Both the position numbers and the translations under genes were made by a program. 64,000 nucleotides of DNA. Origin: Escherichia coli (GTDB lineage: Bacteria > Pseudomonadota > Gammaproteobacteria > Enterobacterales > Enterobacteriaceae). The stretch lies in assembly GCF_016026235.1 (NCBI RefSeq), contig NZ_CP065613.1; one strand, 5' to 3'. Positions 14,282 to 24,250 of the stretch are shown here, in pieces. The notes beneath the pieces are model-generated. The model searched no databases, was not told where the DNA came from, and was given only the letters and a program-made list of their open reading frames with translations. Within the stretch, counting starts at the first letter, position 1, and every line of letters starts with the position of its first letter.

Positions 14282-15604
14282 TTATCCGTTAGTTGTCATG
14301 TTATTGACTTTGTTGGCGGCAATAACAAAAGGTAAATAGATCATTGTCGCCACACCTAAACATAAAAAACCAACCAGTAAAGCCAGCCAGTTCCCCCCGG
14401 TTCCGAGGAAAGCAATTAAAGGTCCGGGCGTAGTCCAGGGCACGGCATAAGCAACCGGTGGAATAATTTCCATCGAAACAAAGAAGTAACCAATGGCACA
14501 GTTAACAATGGGAACCATAATAAACGGCACCATCATGATGGGGTTAAGTACAATAGGAAGGCCAAACATTATCGGTTCATTGATATTGAAAATACCGGGG
14601 ATAAATGACATTTTTGCCAGATCACGGTATTCCGCACGCTTAGAAGCGATAAAAATAGCCAACAATAACCCCAACGTCATACCTGAACCGCCGCAGTTGG
14701 CGAATGCATCATTAATAGAAGTCCAGGTAATCGGATATGGCGCGCCCCAGGTAGTGCCATGTTGAGCGGCCCAGGAGAGATTCTCCAGATTAGCCTCAGA
14801 AAAAACGGTTTCTCGAATTGCCGATGTGGTATTAGGTCCGTGGATCCCCAGCACCCACAGGAAATTACCCACAGCCCCCAGGATAATTACCGCAAAGATA
14901 TTCGTTCCCATATGTTTGAGCGGCGTCTGGATTAATGTGTAAATAAGATCGTTTAGTCCTGCCGGGGATATCAGTGTCAGGCAATAATTAAGTGCGGAAA
15001 AGAACACCATGACAAAAAATATTGGCAATAAAACTTTACATGAACGCGCTACCGCAGGCGGTACAGCTGCCGGCATCGTTATGGTGATTTTTGGGTTTCG
15101 AGCTAAGCGACAAAATATTTCACTGGTGATCAATGCAACGATAACAGCAACAAACAACCCCTGCGCGCCGAGATATTTGGTCGTCAGGAATGCTTGCCCA
15201 TCTATCATCTGATATGGCGTATAAACAATAAAAAATGCTCCTATTGCCGTTAATCCGCATAAAAGATCATCTTGCTCATAGCTAATCGCCATATTCCTGG
15301 CGACCAGGAAAGCAATCATAATTGACATGATATTTACAGAACCATTCATTACCGGAGTAAAAATAGCTTGTGCTTTTTCAAGGTTGGGGAAAATGCTATT
15401 CAGATGCAGTAATCCGGCAATAAAACCGTCTGGCGATAATATGGCAAAGTTAATTAATATAATTAATGAACTTGCCATGATAATTGGAAACGTAAAAACG
15501 AATCCATCTCTCACCGCTGCAACATGTTTTTGTGAGTTTAACTTGATAGCAACTGGAACAAGAAAACGTTCCATTCCACGTTCGAATGAGGCCATTAATC
15601 CCAT
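14282..15604 (-). CDS. PTS lactose/cellobiose-family EIIC permease
   Basis: 440-aa polytopic membrane ORF, ChbC/CelB-like N-terminus. Confidence 0.85.
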   Translation of the reverse strand: MGLMASFERGMERFLVPVAIKLNSQKHVAAVRDGFVFTFPIIMASSLIILINFAILSPDGFIAGLLHLNSIFPNLEKAQAIFTPVMNGSVNIMSIMIAFLVARNMAISYEQDDLLCGLTAIGAFFIVYTPYQMIDGQAFLTTKYLGAQGLFVAVIVALITSEIFCRLARNPKITITMPAAVPPAVARSCKVLLPIFFVMVFFSALNYCLTLISPAGLNDLIYTLIQTPLKHMGTNIFAVIILGAVGNFLWVLGIHGPNTTSAIRETVFSEANLENLSWAAQHGTTWGAPYPITWTSINDAFANCGGSGMTLGLLLAIFIASKRAEYRDLAKMSFIPGIFNINEPIMFGLPIVLNPIMMVPFIMVPIVNCAIGYFFVSMEIIPPVAYAVPWTTPGPLIAFLGTGGNWLALLVGFLCLGVATMIYLPFVIAANKVNNMTTNG

Positions 15605-15717
15605 TTTTTATACCTGTTGTTTTGGATATTTATACATCCCAATAAAGCATGTATGCCATATCCATTTTATGATGTGTGAAAAGTTAGTTCAGGTAATAGT
15701 TTAATAATATTAGATTC

Positions 15718-16029
15718 TTACTCTTGCAGTAGTTTCATCGCAAATTCAAGAACTGCCTGTCCGTTCATGGTGCCGTAGTCTTTCATCTCGATAACGGCTA
15801 CAGGCATTTTCCCCTGTGCAACGGCTTCAATCTCTGGTTTCTGAAAGCGAACTTGCGGGCCAAGTAAAACAACGTCAACTTCGTTATTTTTAATTTTCCC
15901 TTTAGCCTCTGCAATCGCCAATGCGGAAATATTAACTTCAAGTGAAATAGCGTTAGCATGATCAATCATACGTTTAACCAGCATACTGGTTGACATGCCC
16001 GCAGCGCAAACTAACAATATTTTTTTCAT
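15718..16029 (-). CDS. PTS lactose/cellobiose-family EIIB component
   Basis: 103-aa ORF MKKILLVCAAGMSTSMLV... with the conserved N-terminal Cys phosphorylation motif. Confidence 0.85.
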   Translation of the reverse strand: MKKILLVCAAGMSTSMLVKRMIDHANAISLEVNISALAIAEAKGKIKNNEVDVVLLGPQVRFQKPEIEAVAQGKMPVAVIEMKDYGTMNGQAVLEFAMKLLQE

Positions 16030-16227
16030 ATTTTCCCTTACTGGTATATAACAGATTACATTGTTTAAATATCATATCCCGCAGTAGCTATACGTCCTGG
16101 TACATTGATCACAGTAATACAGTGATAAAGTTGTTCAACATCAGGGTGATTATTAAACGACTCGGCCATACGATAAACCAATCAGGACTCAACTCCTTGT
16201 TTTCAATGGCTCTTAAAAGGTGCAAAA

Positions 16228-16926
16228 GTGATTTTTCAAAAGATTGCCCGCTTACTTAAATCCGAAATCAATGGCAATTCATGGCATGTTGGTGATTTGT
16301 TGCCGTCAGAAGCGGAACTCGCTGTTCGTTATAATGTTTCGCGTAATACCCTGCGTAAGGCATTATCCTTGCTGGAAGGCGAAGGAATTATTCACAGAAA
16401 GCATGGTTCAGGAACATACATTCAAAAAAAGAATTTTGTTGCACACATTGATCACATGAACAGTTTCAGTGAAATTGCGCATAAAAGCGGCAAAGAGGCA
16501 GGGAGTCAGATTATGAAATTTGAAGTGCAGGATGCTTCACCCACTATTGCGACTGAGCTGAATTTAGTGACTGGTGAGCAGGTTTATTACATAAAGAGAC
16601 TGCGATTCATTGAGGATAATGCAGCACAATTAGAAGAAACGTGGATGTCAGTAGCACGTTTTCCTGATTTAACCGTGTCACATATGCAAAAATCCAAATT
16701 TTCATATATTGAGAATGAATGCGGGATCAAAATCATTGGCACCTTTGAAACTTTCTCCCCTACTTTTCCTACCCCAGAAATCGCCAGTATTTTACGGATC
16801 AGCCCACGGGATCCCATACTTAAAATTCAGACCCAGGCTGTGGACAGTAACTCTATTCCGCTGGATTATTCGTTACTTTACAGCAATATTTTCGAGTTCC
16901 AGGTAAAGTACTTTTTCCCGCGATAA
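16228..16926 (+). CDS. GntR/HutC-family transcriptional regulator (GTG start), divergent from the PTS operon
   Basis: 232-aa ORF with N-terminal GntR HTH (...EAELAVRYNVSRNTLRKALSLLEGEGII...) and a UTRA-like C-terminal domain. Confidence 0.8.
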   Translation: MIFQKIARLLKSEINGNSWHVGDLLPSEAELAVRYNVSRNTLRKALSLLEGEGIIHRKHGSGTYIQKKNFVAHIDHMNSFSEIAHKSGKEAGSQIMKFEVQDASPTIATELNLVTGEQVYYIKRLRFIEDNAAQLEETWMSVARFPDLTVSHMQKSKFSYIENECGIKIIGTFETFSPTFPTPEIASILRISPRDPILKIQTQAVDSNSIPLDYSLLYSNIFEFQVKYFFPR

Positions 16927-16970
16927 AAGCAGACGCACAGAGTGCTGACATCACATTCTGTGCGTATGGT

Positions 16971-17870
16971 TTAGCCTCTAACCTTTACCGCTTTACGCCA
17001 CCGCAAGCCAAATACATTGATATACAGCCCGGTCATAATGAGCACCGCACCTAAAAATTGCAGACCCGTTAAGCGTTCATCCAACAATAGTGCCGCACTT
17101 GCCAGTCCGACTACGGGCACCAGTAACGATAACGGTGCAACCCGCCAGGTTTCATAGCGTCCCAGTAACGTCCCCCAGATCCCATAACCAACAATTGTCG
17201 CCACAAACGCCAGATACATCAGAGACAAGATGGTGGTCATATCGATAGTAACCAGACTGTGAATCATGGTTGCGGAACCATCGAGAATCAGCGAGGCAAC
17301 AAAGAAGGGAATGATTGGGATTAAAGCGCTCCAGATTACCAGCGACATCACCGCCGGACGCGTTGAGTGCGACATGATCTTTTTATTGAAGATGTTGCCA
17401 CACGCCCAACTAAATGCTGCCGCCAGGGTCAACATAAAGCCGAGCATCGCCACATGCTGACCGTTCAGACTATCTTCGATTAACACCAGTACGCCAAAAA
17501 TCGCTAAGGCGATCCCCGCCAATTGTTTGCCATGCAATCGCTCCCCGAAAGTAAACGCGCCAAGCATGATAGTAAAAAACGCCTGTGCCTGTAACACCAG
17601 CGAAGCCAGTCCAGCAGGCATACCGAAGTTAATGGCACAAAAAAGAAAAGCAAACTGCGCAAAACTGATGGTTAATCCATACCCCAGCAGCAAATTCAGT
17701 GGTACTTTCGGTCGTGCGACAAAAAAGATAGCCGGAAAAGCGACCAGCATAAAGCGCAAACCGGCCAGCATCAGCGGTGGCATGTTATGAAGCCCCACTT
17801 TGATGACCACAAAATTTAGCCCCCATACGACCACTACCAGTAGCGCCAACACCCCATCTTTTCGCGACAT
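16971..17870 (-). CDS. eamA: Cysteine / O-acetylserine exporter EamA (YdeD)
   Basis: ORF 16971-17891; 299-aa product from MSRKDGVLALLVVVVWGLNF...; DMT-family membrane protein. Confidence 0.85.
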   Translation of the reverse strand: MSRKDGVLALLVVVVWGLNFVVIKVGLHNMPPLMLAGLRFMLVAFPAIFFVARPKVPLNLLLGYGLTISFAQFAFLFCAINFGMPAGLASLVLQAQAFFTIMLGAFTFGERLHGKQLAGIALAIFGVLVLIEDSLNGQHVAMLGFMLTLAAAFSWACGNIFNKKIMSHSTRPAVMSLVIWSALIPIIPFFVASLILDGSATMIHSLVTIDMTTILSLMYLAFVATIVGYGIWGTLLGRYETWRVAPLSLLVPVVGLASAALLLDERLTGLQFLGAVLIMTGLYINVFGLRWRKAVKVRG

Positions 17871-18064
17871 TCTACCGCCTCTGAATTTCATCTTTTGTAA
17901 GCAATCAACTTAGCTGAATTTACTTTTCTTTAACAGTTGATTCGTTAGTCGCCGGTTACGACGGCATTAATGCGCAAATAAGTCGCTATACTTCGGATTT
18001 TTGCCATGCTATTTCTTTACATCTCTAAAACAAAACATAACGAAACGCACTGCCGGACAGACAA

Positions 18065-19252
18065 ATGAACTTATCCCTACGACGCTCTACCAGCGCCCTT
18101 CTTGCCTCGTCGTTGTTATTAACCATCGGACGCGGCGCTACGCTGCCATTTATGACCATTTACTTGAGTCGCCAGTACAGCCTGAGTGTCGATCTAATCG
18201 GTTATGCGATGACAATTGCGCTCACTATTGGCGTCGTTTTTAGCCTCGGTTTTGGTATCCTGGCGGATAAGTTCGACAAGAAACGCTATATGTTACTGGC
18301 AATTACCGCCTTCGCCAGCGGTTTTATTGCCATTCCTTTAGTGAATAACGTAACGCTGGTGGTGCTCTTTTTTGCCCTCATTAACTGCGCCTATTCTGTT
18401 TTTGCTACCGTGCTGAAAGCCTGGTTTGCCGACAATCTTTCGTCCACCAGCAAAACGAAAATCTTCTCAATCAACTACACCATGCTAATCATTGGCTGGA
18501 CCATCGGTCCGCCGCTCGGCACGCTGTTGGTGATGCAGAGCATCAATCTGCCCTTCTGGCTGGCAGCTATCTGTTCCGCGTTTCCCATGCTTTTCATTCA
18601 AATTTGGGTAAAGCGCAGCGAGAAAATCATCGCCACGGAAACAGGCAGTGTCTGGTCGCCGAAAGTTTTATTACAAGATAAAGCACTGTTGTGGTTTACC
18701 TGCTCTGGTTTTCTGGCTTCTTTTGTAAGCGGCGCATTTGCTTCATGCATTTCACAATATGTGATGGTGATTGCTGATGGGGATTTTGCCGAAAAGGTGG
18801 TCGCGGTTGTTCTTCCGGTGAATGCTGCCATGGTGGTTACGTTGCAATATTCCGTGGGCCGCCGACTTAACCCGGCTAACATCCGCGCGCTGATGACAGC
18901 AGGCACCCTCTGTTTCGTCATCGGTCTGGTCGGTTTTATTTTTTCCGGCAACAGCCTGCTATTGTGGGGTATGTCAGCTGCGGTATTTACTGTCGGTGAA
19001 ATCATTTATGCGCCGGGCGAGTATATGTTGATTGACCATATTGCGCCGCCAGGAATGAAAGCCAGCTATTTTTCCGCCCAGTCTTTAGGCTGGCTTGGTG
19101 CCGCGATTAACCCATTAGTGAGTGGCGTAGTGCTAACCAGCCTGCCGCCTTCCTCGCTGTTTGTCATCTTAGCGTTGGTGATCATTGCTGCGTGGGTGCT
19201 GATGTTAAAAGGGATTCGTGCAAGACCGTGGGGGCAGCCCGCGCTTTGTTGA
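18065..19252 (+). CDS. ydeE: MFS transporter YdeE
   Basis: 395-aa 12-TM-type ORF. Confidence 0.85.
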   Translation: MNLSLRRSTSALLASSLLLTIGRGATLPFMTIYLSRQYSLSVDLIGYAMTIALTIGVVFSLGFGILADKFDKKRYMLLAITAFASGFIAIPLVNNVTLVVLFFALINCAYSVFATVLKAWFADNLSSTSKTKIFSINYTMLIIGWTIGPPLGTLLVMQSINLPFWLAAICSAFPMLFIQIWVKRSEKIIATETGSVWSPKVLLQDKALLWFTCSGFLASFVSGAFASCISQYVMVIADGDFAEKVVAVVLPVNAAMVVTLQYSVGRRLNPANIRALMTAGTLCFVIGLVGFIFSGNSLLLWGMSAAVFTVGEIIYAPGEYMLIDHIAPPGMKASYFSAQSLGWLGAAINPLVSGVVLTSLPPSSLFVILALVIIAAWVLMLKGIRARPWGQPALC

Positions 19253-19378
19253 TTTAAGTCGAACACAATAAAAATTTAATTCAGCCTTCGTTTAGGTTAC
19301 CTCTGCTAATATCTTTCTCATTGAGATGAAAATTAAGGTAAGCGAGGAAACACACCACACCATAAACGGAGGCAAATA

Positions 19379-19474
19379 ATGCTGGGTAATATGAATGTTT
19401 TTATGGCCGTACTGGGAATAATTTTATTTTCTGGTTTTCTGGCCGCGTATTTCAGCCACAAATGGGATGACTAA
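19379..19474 (+). CDS. mgtS: Small membrane protein MgtS (YneM), 31 aa
   Basis: Hand translation gives MLGNMNVFMAVLGIILFSGFLAAYFSHKWDD then TAA; shorter than the ORF-track minimum. Confidence 0.85.
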   Translation: MLGNMNVFMAVLGIILFSGFLAAYFSHKWDD

Positions 19475-19501
19475 TGAACGGAGATAATCCCTCACCTAAC
19501 C

Positions 19502-19540
19502 GGCCCCTTGTTACAGTTGTGTACAAGGGGCCTGATTTTT
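19502..19540 (+). terminator. Rho-independent terminator after mgtS
   Basis: GGCCCCTTGT...ACAAGGGGCC hairpin followed by a T-run. Confidence 0.6.
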
Positions 19541-19549
19541 ATGACGGCG

Positions 19550-19650
19550 AAAAAAAACCGCCAGTAAACCGGCGGTGAATGCTTGCATGGATAGATTTGT
19601 GTTTTGCTTTTACGCTAACAGGCATTTTCCTGCACTGATAACGGATCGTT
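19550..19650 (-). ncRNA. mgrR: Probable PhoP-dependent sRNA MgrR; ends approximate
   Basis: Minus-strand terminator (hairpin ACCGCCGGTTTACTGGCGG then U8, plus coordinates 19550-19575) about 100 nt downstream of a PhoP-box direct repeat; position between mgtS and dgcZ matches recall of the K-12 layout. Confidence 0.45.
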
Positions 19651-19682
19651 GACACAGTAGCATCAGTTTTCTCAATGAATGT

Positions 19683-19699
19683 TAAACGGAGCTTAAACT
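19683..19699 (-). promoter_or_regulatory. PhoP box-like direct repeat AGTTTA-N5-CGTTTA (minus strand) overlapping the dgcZ stop codon; candidate mgrR promoter element
   Basis: Reverse complement of 19683-19699 is AGTTTAAGCTCCGTTTA, matching the (T/G)GTTTA-N5-(T/G)GTTTA consensus spacing. Confidence 0.4.
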
Positions 19700-20583
19700 C
19701 GGTTAATCACATTTTGTTCGTCAATAAACATGCAGCGATTTCTTCCGGTTTGCTTACCCTCATACATTGCCCGGTCTGCTCTTCCAATGACCACATCCAG
19801 AGGCTCTTCAGGAAATGCGCGACTCACACCTGCTGTCACGGTAATGTTGATATGCCCTTCAGAATGTGTGATGGCATGGTTATCGACTAACTGGCAAATT
19901 CTGACACCTGCACGACATGCTTCTTCATCATTAGCCGCTTTAACAATAATGATAAATTCTTCGCCCCCGTAGCGATAAACCGTTTCGTAATCACGCGTCC
20001 AACTGGCTAAGTAAGTTGCCAGGGTGCGTAATACTACATCGCCGATTAAATGCCCGTAGGTATCATTAACCAATTTAAATCGGTCAATATCCAACAACAT
20101 TAAATAAAGATTCAGAGGCTCAGCGTTGCGTAACTGATGATCAAAGGATTCATCAAGAACCCGACGACCCGGCAATCCCGTCAAAACATCCATATTGCTA
20201 CGGATCGTCAGCAAATAAATTTTGTAATCGGTTAATGCCGCAGTAAAAGAAAGCAACCCCTCCTGAAAGGCGTCGAAATGCGCGTCCTGCCAGTGATTTT
20301 CAACAATAGCCAGCATTAATTCCCGACCACAATTATGCATATGTTGATGGGCAGAATCCATTAGCCGAACGTAAGGTAATTCATCGTTATCGAGTGGCCC
20401 CAGATGATCAATCCACCGACCAAACTGGCACAGTCCATAAGAATGGTTATCCGTTATTTCTGGCTTACTGGCATCTCTCGCGACCACGCTGTGAAACATA
20501 CTCACCAGCCACTGGTAGTGGGCATCGATAGCCTTATTGAGATTTAACAAGATGGCATCAATTTCCGTTGTCTTCTTGATCAT
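19693..20583 (-). CDS. dgcZ: Zinc-sensing diguanylate cyclase DgcZ (YdeH)
   Basis: ORF 19693-20589; protein from MIKKTTEIDAILLNL...; RYGGEEF GGDEF motif and N-terminal His/Cys-containing sensor region. Confidence 0.9.
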   Translation of the reverse strand: MIKKTTEIDAILLNLNKAIDAHYQWLVSMFHSVVARDASKPEITDNHSYGLCQFGRWIDHLGPLDNDELPYVRLMDSAHQHMHNCGRELMLAIVENHWQDAHFDAFQEGLLSFTAALTDYKIYLLTIRSNMDVLTGLPGRRVLDESFDHQLRNAEPLNLYLMLLDIDRFKLVNDTYGHLIGDVVLRTLATYLASWTRDYETVYRYGGEEFIIIVKAANDEEACRAGVRICQLVDNHAITHSEGHINITVTAGVSRAFPEEPLDVVIGRADRAMYEGKQTGRNRCMFIDEQNVINRV

Positions 20584-20837
20584 TGCCACTCCTTTTTCAC
20601 AGTTCCTTGTGCGCGCTATTCTAACGAGAGAAAAGCAAAATTACGTCAATATTTTCATAGAAATCCGAAGTTATGAGTCATCTCTGAGATAACATTGTGA
20701 TTTAAAACAAAATCAGCGGATAAAAAAGTGTTTAATTCTGTAAATCACCTCTGCATTATCGTAAATAAAAGGATGACAAATAGCATAACCCAATACCCTA
20801 ATGGCCCAGTAGTTCAGGCCATCAGGCTAATTTATTT

Positions 20838-21230
20838 TTATTTCTGCAAATGAGTGACCCGAACGACGGCCGGCGCGCTTTTCTTATCCAGACTGCCGCT
20901 AATGTTGATCATCTGGTCCGGCTGAACTTCTCGTCCATCAAAGACGGCCGCAGGAATCACGACATTAATTTCACCGCTCTTATCGCGAAAAACGTAACGG
21001 TCCTCTCCTTTGTGAGAAATCAAATTACCGCGTAGTGAAACCGAAGCGCCATCGTGCATGGTTTTTGCGAAATCAACGGTCATTTTTTTTGCATCATCGG
21101 TTCCGCGATAGCCATCTTCTATTGCATGAGGCGGCGGTGGCGCTGCATCCTGTTTTAAACCGCCCTGGTCATCTGCCAACGCATAAGGCATGACAAGAAA
21201 ACTTGCTAATACAATGGTCTGAAATTTCAT
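20838..21230 (-). CDS. ydeI: Periplasmic OB-fold (BOF/YgiW-family) stress protein YdeI
   Basis: 130-aa ORF with signal peptide. Confidence 0.85.
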   Translation of the reverse strand: MKFQTIVLASFLVMPYALADDQGGLKQDAAPPPPHAIEDGYRGTDDAKKMTVDFAKTMHDGASVSLRGNLISHKGEDRYVFRDKSGEINVVIPAAVFDGREVQPDQMINISGSLDKKSAPAVVRVTHLQK

Positions 21231-21505
21231 ACTAACTCCTTAATTGCGTTTGGTTTGACTTATTAAGTCTGGTTGCTATTTTTATAATTGCCAAATAAGA
21301 ATACTGCCAATTGTTATAAGGCATTTAAAATCAGCCAACTAGCTGTCAAATATTCAGAGAATTTAACTCACTAAAGTTAAGAAGATTGAAGAGTCTTAAA
21401 CATATTTTCAGAATAATCGGATTTATATGTTTGAAAATTATTATATTGGACGAGCATACAGAAAAAGCAAATCACCTTTACATATAATAGCGTGGACAAA
21501 AAACA

Positions 21506-22024
21506 GTGAACATTAATAAAGATAAAATTGTACAACTCGCAGATACCGACACTATTGAAAACCTGACATCCGCATTGAGTCAAAGACTTATCGCGGATCA
21601 ATTACGCTTAACTACCGCCGAATCATGCACCGGCGGTAAGTTGGCTAGCGCACTGTGTGCAGCTGAAGATACCCCCAAATTTTACGGTGCAGGCTTTGTT
21701 ACTTTCACCGATCAGGCAAAGATGAAAATCCTCAGCGTAAGCCAGCAATCTCTTGAACGATATTCTGCGGTGAGTGAGAAAGTGGCAGCAGAAATGGCAA
21801 CCGGTGCCATAGAGCGTGCGGATGCTGATGTCAGTATTGCCATTACCGGCTACGGCGGACCGGAGGGCGGTGAAGATGGTACGCCAGCGGGTACCGTCTG
21901 GTTCGCGTGGCATATTAAAGGCCAGAACTACACTGCGGTTATGCATTTTGCTGGCGACTGCGAAACGGTATTAGCTATAGCGGTGAGGTTTGCCCTCGCC
22001 CAGCTGCTGCAATTACTGCTATAA
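21506..22024 (+). CDS. ydeJ: CinA-C / PncC-like protein YdeJ
   Basis: 172-aa ORF (...AESCTGGKLASALCAAEDT...), CinA C-terminal domain-like. Confidence 0.85.
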   Translation: MNINKDKIVQLADTDTIENLTSALSQRLIADQLRLTTAESCTGGKLASALCAAEDTPKFYGAGFVTFTDQAKMKILSVSQQSLERYSAVSEKVAAEMATGAIERADADVSIAITGYGGPEGGEDGTPAGTVWFAWHIKGQNYTAVMHFAGDCETVLAIAVRFALAQLLQLLL

Positions 22025-22068
22025 CCAGGCTGGCCTGGCGATATCTCCAGTCCAGCCATTGGTGGTGT

Positions 22069-24114
22069 TTATATGTTCAAGCCACGATGTTGCAGCATCG
22101 GCATAATCTGAGGTGCCTTACCGCGCCATTGTCGATACAGGCGTTCCAGATCTTCGCTGTTACCTCTGGAAAGGATCGCCTCGCGAAAACGCAGCCCATT
22201 TTCACGCGTTAATCCGCCCTGCTCAACAAACCACTGATAACCATCATCGGCCAACATTTGCGTCCACAGATAAGCGTAATAACCTGCGGCATATCCGCCA
22301 CCAAAAATATGGGCGAAATAACTGCTGCGATAGCGTGGCGGTATAGCAGGAAGATCCATATTTTCCGCCACCAGCGCCCGCAATTCGAAATCATCGACAT
22401 CCTGCATTGCTTCGTTTTCTTCCAGGCAATGCCAGCGCATATCGAGAAGTGCGGCGCTAAGCAGTTCGCTCATCTCATACCCTTTGTTGAACAGGCTGGC
22501 ATTACGCATTTTCTGTTGCAGTTCGTCAGGCATTGCTGCCCCGCTCTGATAATGCCGGGCGTAGCGAGCGAATACCTGCGGATGCGTTGCCCAGTGTTCG
22601 TTGATTTGCGACGGAAATTCGACAAAATCATGCGGCGTGTTGGTGCCGGAAAGCGTGGCATAACGCTGGCGGGCAAAAAGGCCGTGCAGCGTATGACCAA
22701 ATTCATGGAATAAGGTTATGACATCATCCCAGAGTAACAACGCAGGCTCACCGGCAGCGGGTTTCTGATAATTGCAGACGTTATAAATTACCGGATGTGT
22801 TTCATTAAGCGTTGATTGCTCAACAAAATTGCCCATCCATGCACCGCCGCTTTTTGAATCACGGGCGAAGAAATCACCGTAAAATAACGCCAGCCCCACG
22901 CCATTATGATCAAAAATTTCCCACACCCGAACGTCAGGATGGTAGACAGGAATATCAAAACGTTCGACAAACTTAATACCGAAGAGCTGATTCGCGGTCC
23001 AGAATACACCTTCATTCAACACCGTGTTTAATTCAAAATATGGCTTGAGCTGCGCCTCATCAAGATCAAATTTCTCCCGCCGTACCTGTTCCGCATAAAA
23101 TGCCCAGTCCCACGGCTGCGCGCTAAACCCGCCCTGCTGCTTATCGATAACCGCCTGTATGGAGGCTAATTCATCGCTCGCACGTTGACGCGCCGCTGGA
23201 ACAATTTCCCGCATAAAGTTGAGTGCTGCTTCTGGCGTTTTTGCCATCTGATCGGCGATTTTCCATGCGGCATAATGAGGAAAACCAAGCAGTTTCGCCT
23301 GCTGTGCGCGAATCTCTACCAGACGTTGAATGATAGCGCGGGTATCATTGCCATCATTTTTTTCCGCTCGCGTCCAGCCCGCAATAAACAGTTTTTCACG
23401 CGTCGCACGATCGCGCATTTCGGCAAGCGCCGGTTGTTGGGTGGTATTCAGCAGCGGAATCAGCCATTTGTTATCCAGACCTTTCTCGCGAGCCGCCTCT
23501 GCCGCCAGCGCAATCTCTTGCTCACTCATTCCTGCCAGCTGCGCGATATCGTTCACAACCAGACCGCCGGATTTATTTGCTGCAAGTAACCGCTGGTTAA
23601 ACTGGCTGGTCAGGGTCGCAGCTTCTGTATTCAGTACTTTTAATTTTGCTTTATCAGCTTGCGCAAGTTTGGCTCCGGCAAGGACAAAACGTTGATGAAT
23701 AACCTCCACCAGGCGGATGGATTCACTATCAAGCCCCAGGGATTCACGGCGCTGCCAGACAGCATCTACCCGCGCGAATAATTCACCGTTCAGATAGATA
23801 TCATTAGCCAGTTCCGCCAGTTCAGCGGAAAACTGTTCATCAAGACGCTGTAATTCATCATTGGTATGCGCCGCAGTCATCGCAAAAAAGACGCTGGTAA
23901 CGCGGGTAAGTAATTCTCCGCTTTGTTCCAGTGCCAGAATAGTATTGTTGAAATCAGGCGTTTGCGGGTTAAGCGCGATGGCAGCAATTTCTGCCCGCTT
24001 TTGCTGCATTCCCTCATCGAATGCCGAGCGATAGTGATGATTGGCAATTTGATCAAAATGAGGAGCCAGATACGGCAGTGTGCTTTGCACAAGGAAAGGA
24101 TTCATTGTTGTCAT
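22069..24114 (-). CDS. dcp: Dipeptidyl carboxypeptidase II (Dcp), M3 metallopeptidase
   Basis: ORF 22069-24180; start likely MTTMNPFLVQ at 24114 (681 aa); HEFGH zinc motif present. Confidence 0.9.
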   Translation of the reverse strand: MTTMNPFLVQSTLPYLAPHFDQIANHHYRSAFDEGMQQKRAEIAAIALNPQTPDFNNTILALEQSGELLTRVTSVFFAMTAAHTNDELQRLDEQFSAELAELANDIYLNGELFARVDAVWQRRESLGLDSESIRLVEVIHQRFVLAGAKLAQADKAKLKVLNTEAATLTSQFNQRLLAANKSGGLVVNDIAQLAGMSEQEIALAAEAAREKGLDNKWLIPLLNTTQQPALAEMRDRATREKLFIAGWTRAEKNDGNDTRAIIQRLVEIRAQQAKLLGFPHYAAWKIADQMAKTPEAALNFMREIVPAARQRASDELASIQAVIDKQQGGFSAQPWDWAFYAEQVRREKFDLDEAQLKPYFELNTVLNEGVFWTANQLFGIKFVERFDIPVYHPDVRVWEIFDHNGVGLALFYGDFFARDSKSGGAWMGNFVEQSTLNETHPVIYNVCNYQKPAAGEPALLLWDDVITLFHEFGHTLHGLFARQRYATLSGTNTPHDFVEFPSQINEHWATHPQVFARYARHYQSGAAMPDELQQKMRNASLFNKGYEMSELLSAALLDMRWHCLEENEAMQDVDDFELRALVAENMDLPAIPPRYRSSYFAHIFGGGYAAGYYAYLWTQMLADDGYQWFVEQGGLTRENGLRFREAILSRGNSEDLERLYRQWRGKAPQIMPMLQHRGLNI

Positions 24115-24250
24115 TTTCTTCTCCTGAACGCGAGGTGTTCCATAGCGTAGGCTTACTGATAACGGAGTGCAATCTTGCAAACCAGTATTACCCGCTCTTA
24201 AGCATCACGTGCTATGTTATTGACACACAAAAGCGTTGAGGAACAGTGAG

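Noticed and set aside
22113-23695. Several plus-strand ORFs of 77-151 aa inside dcp
   Set aside because: All antisense to the well-supported 681-aa peptidase gene; Arg-rich artefacts.
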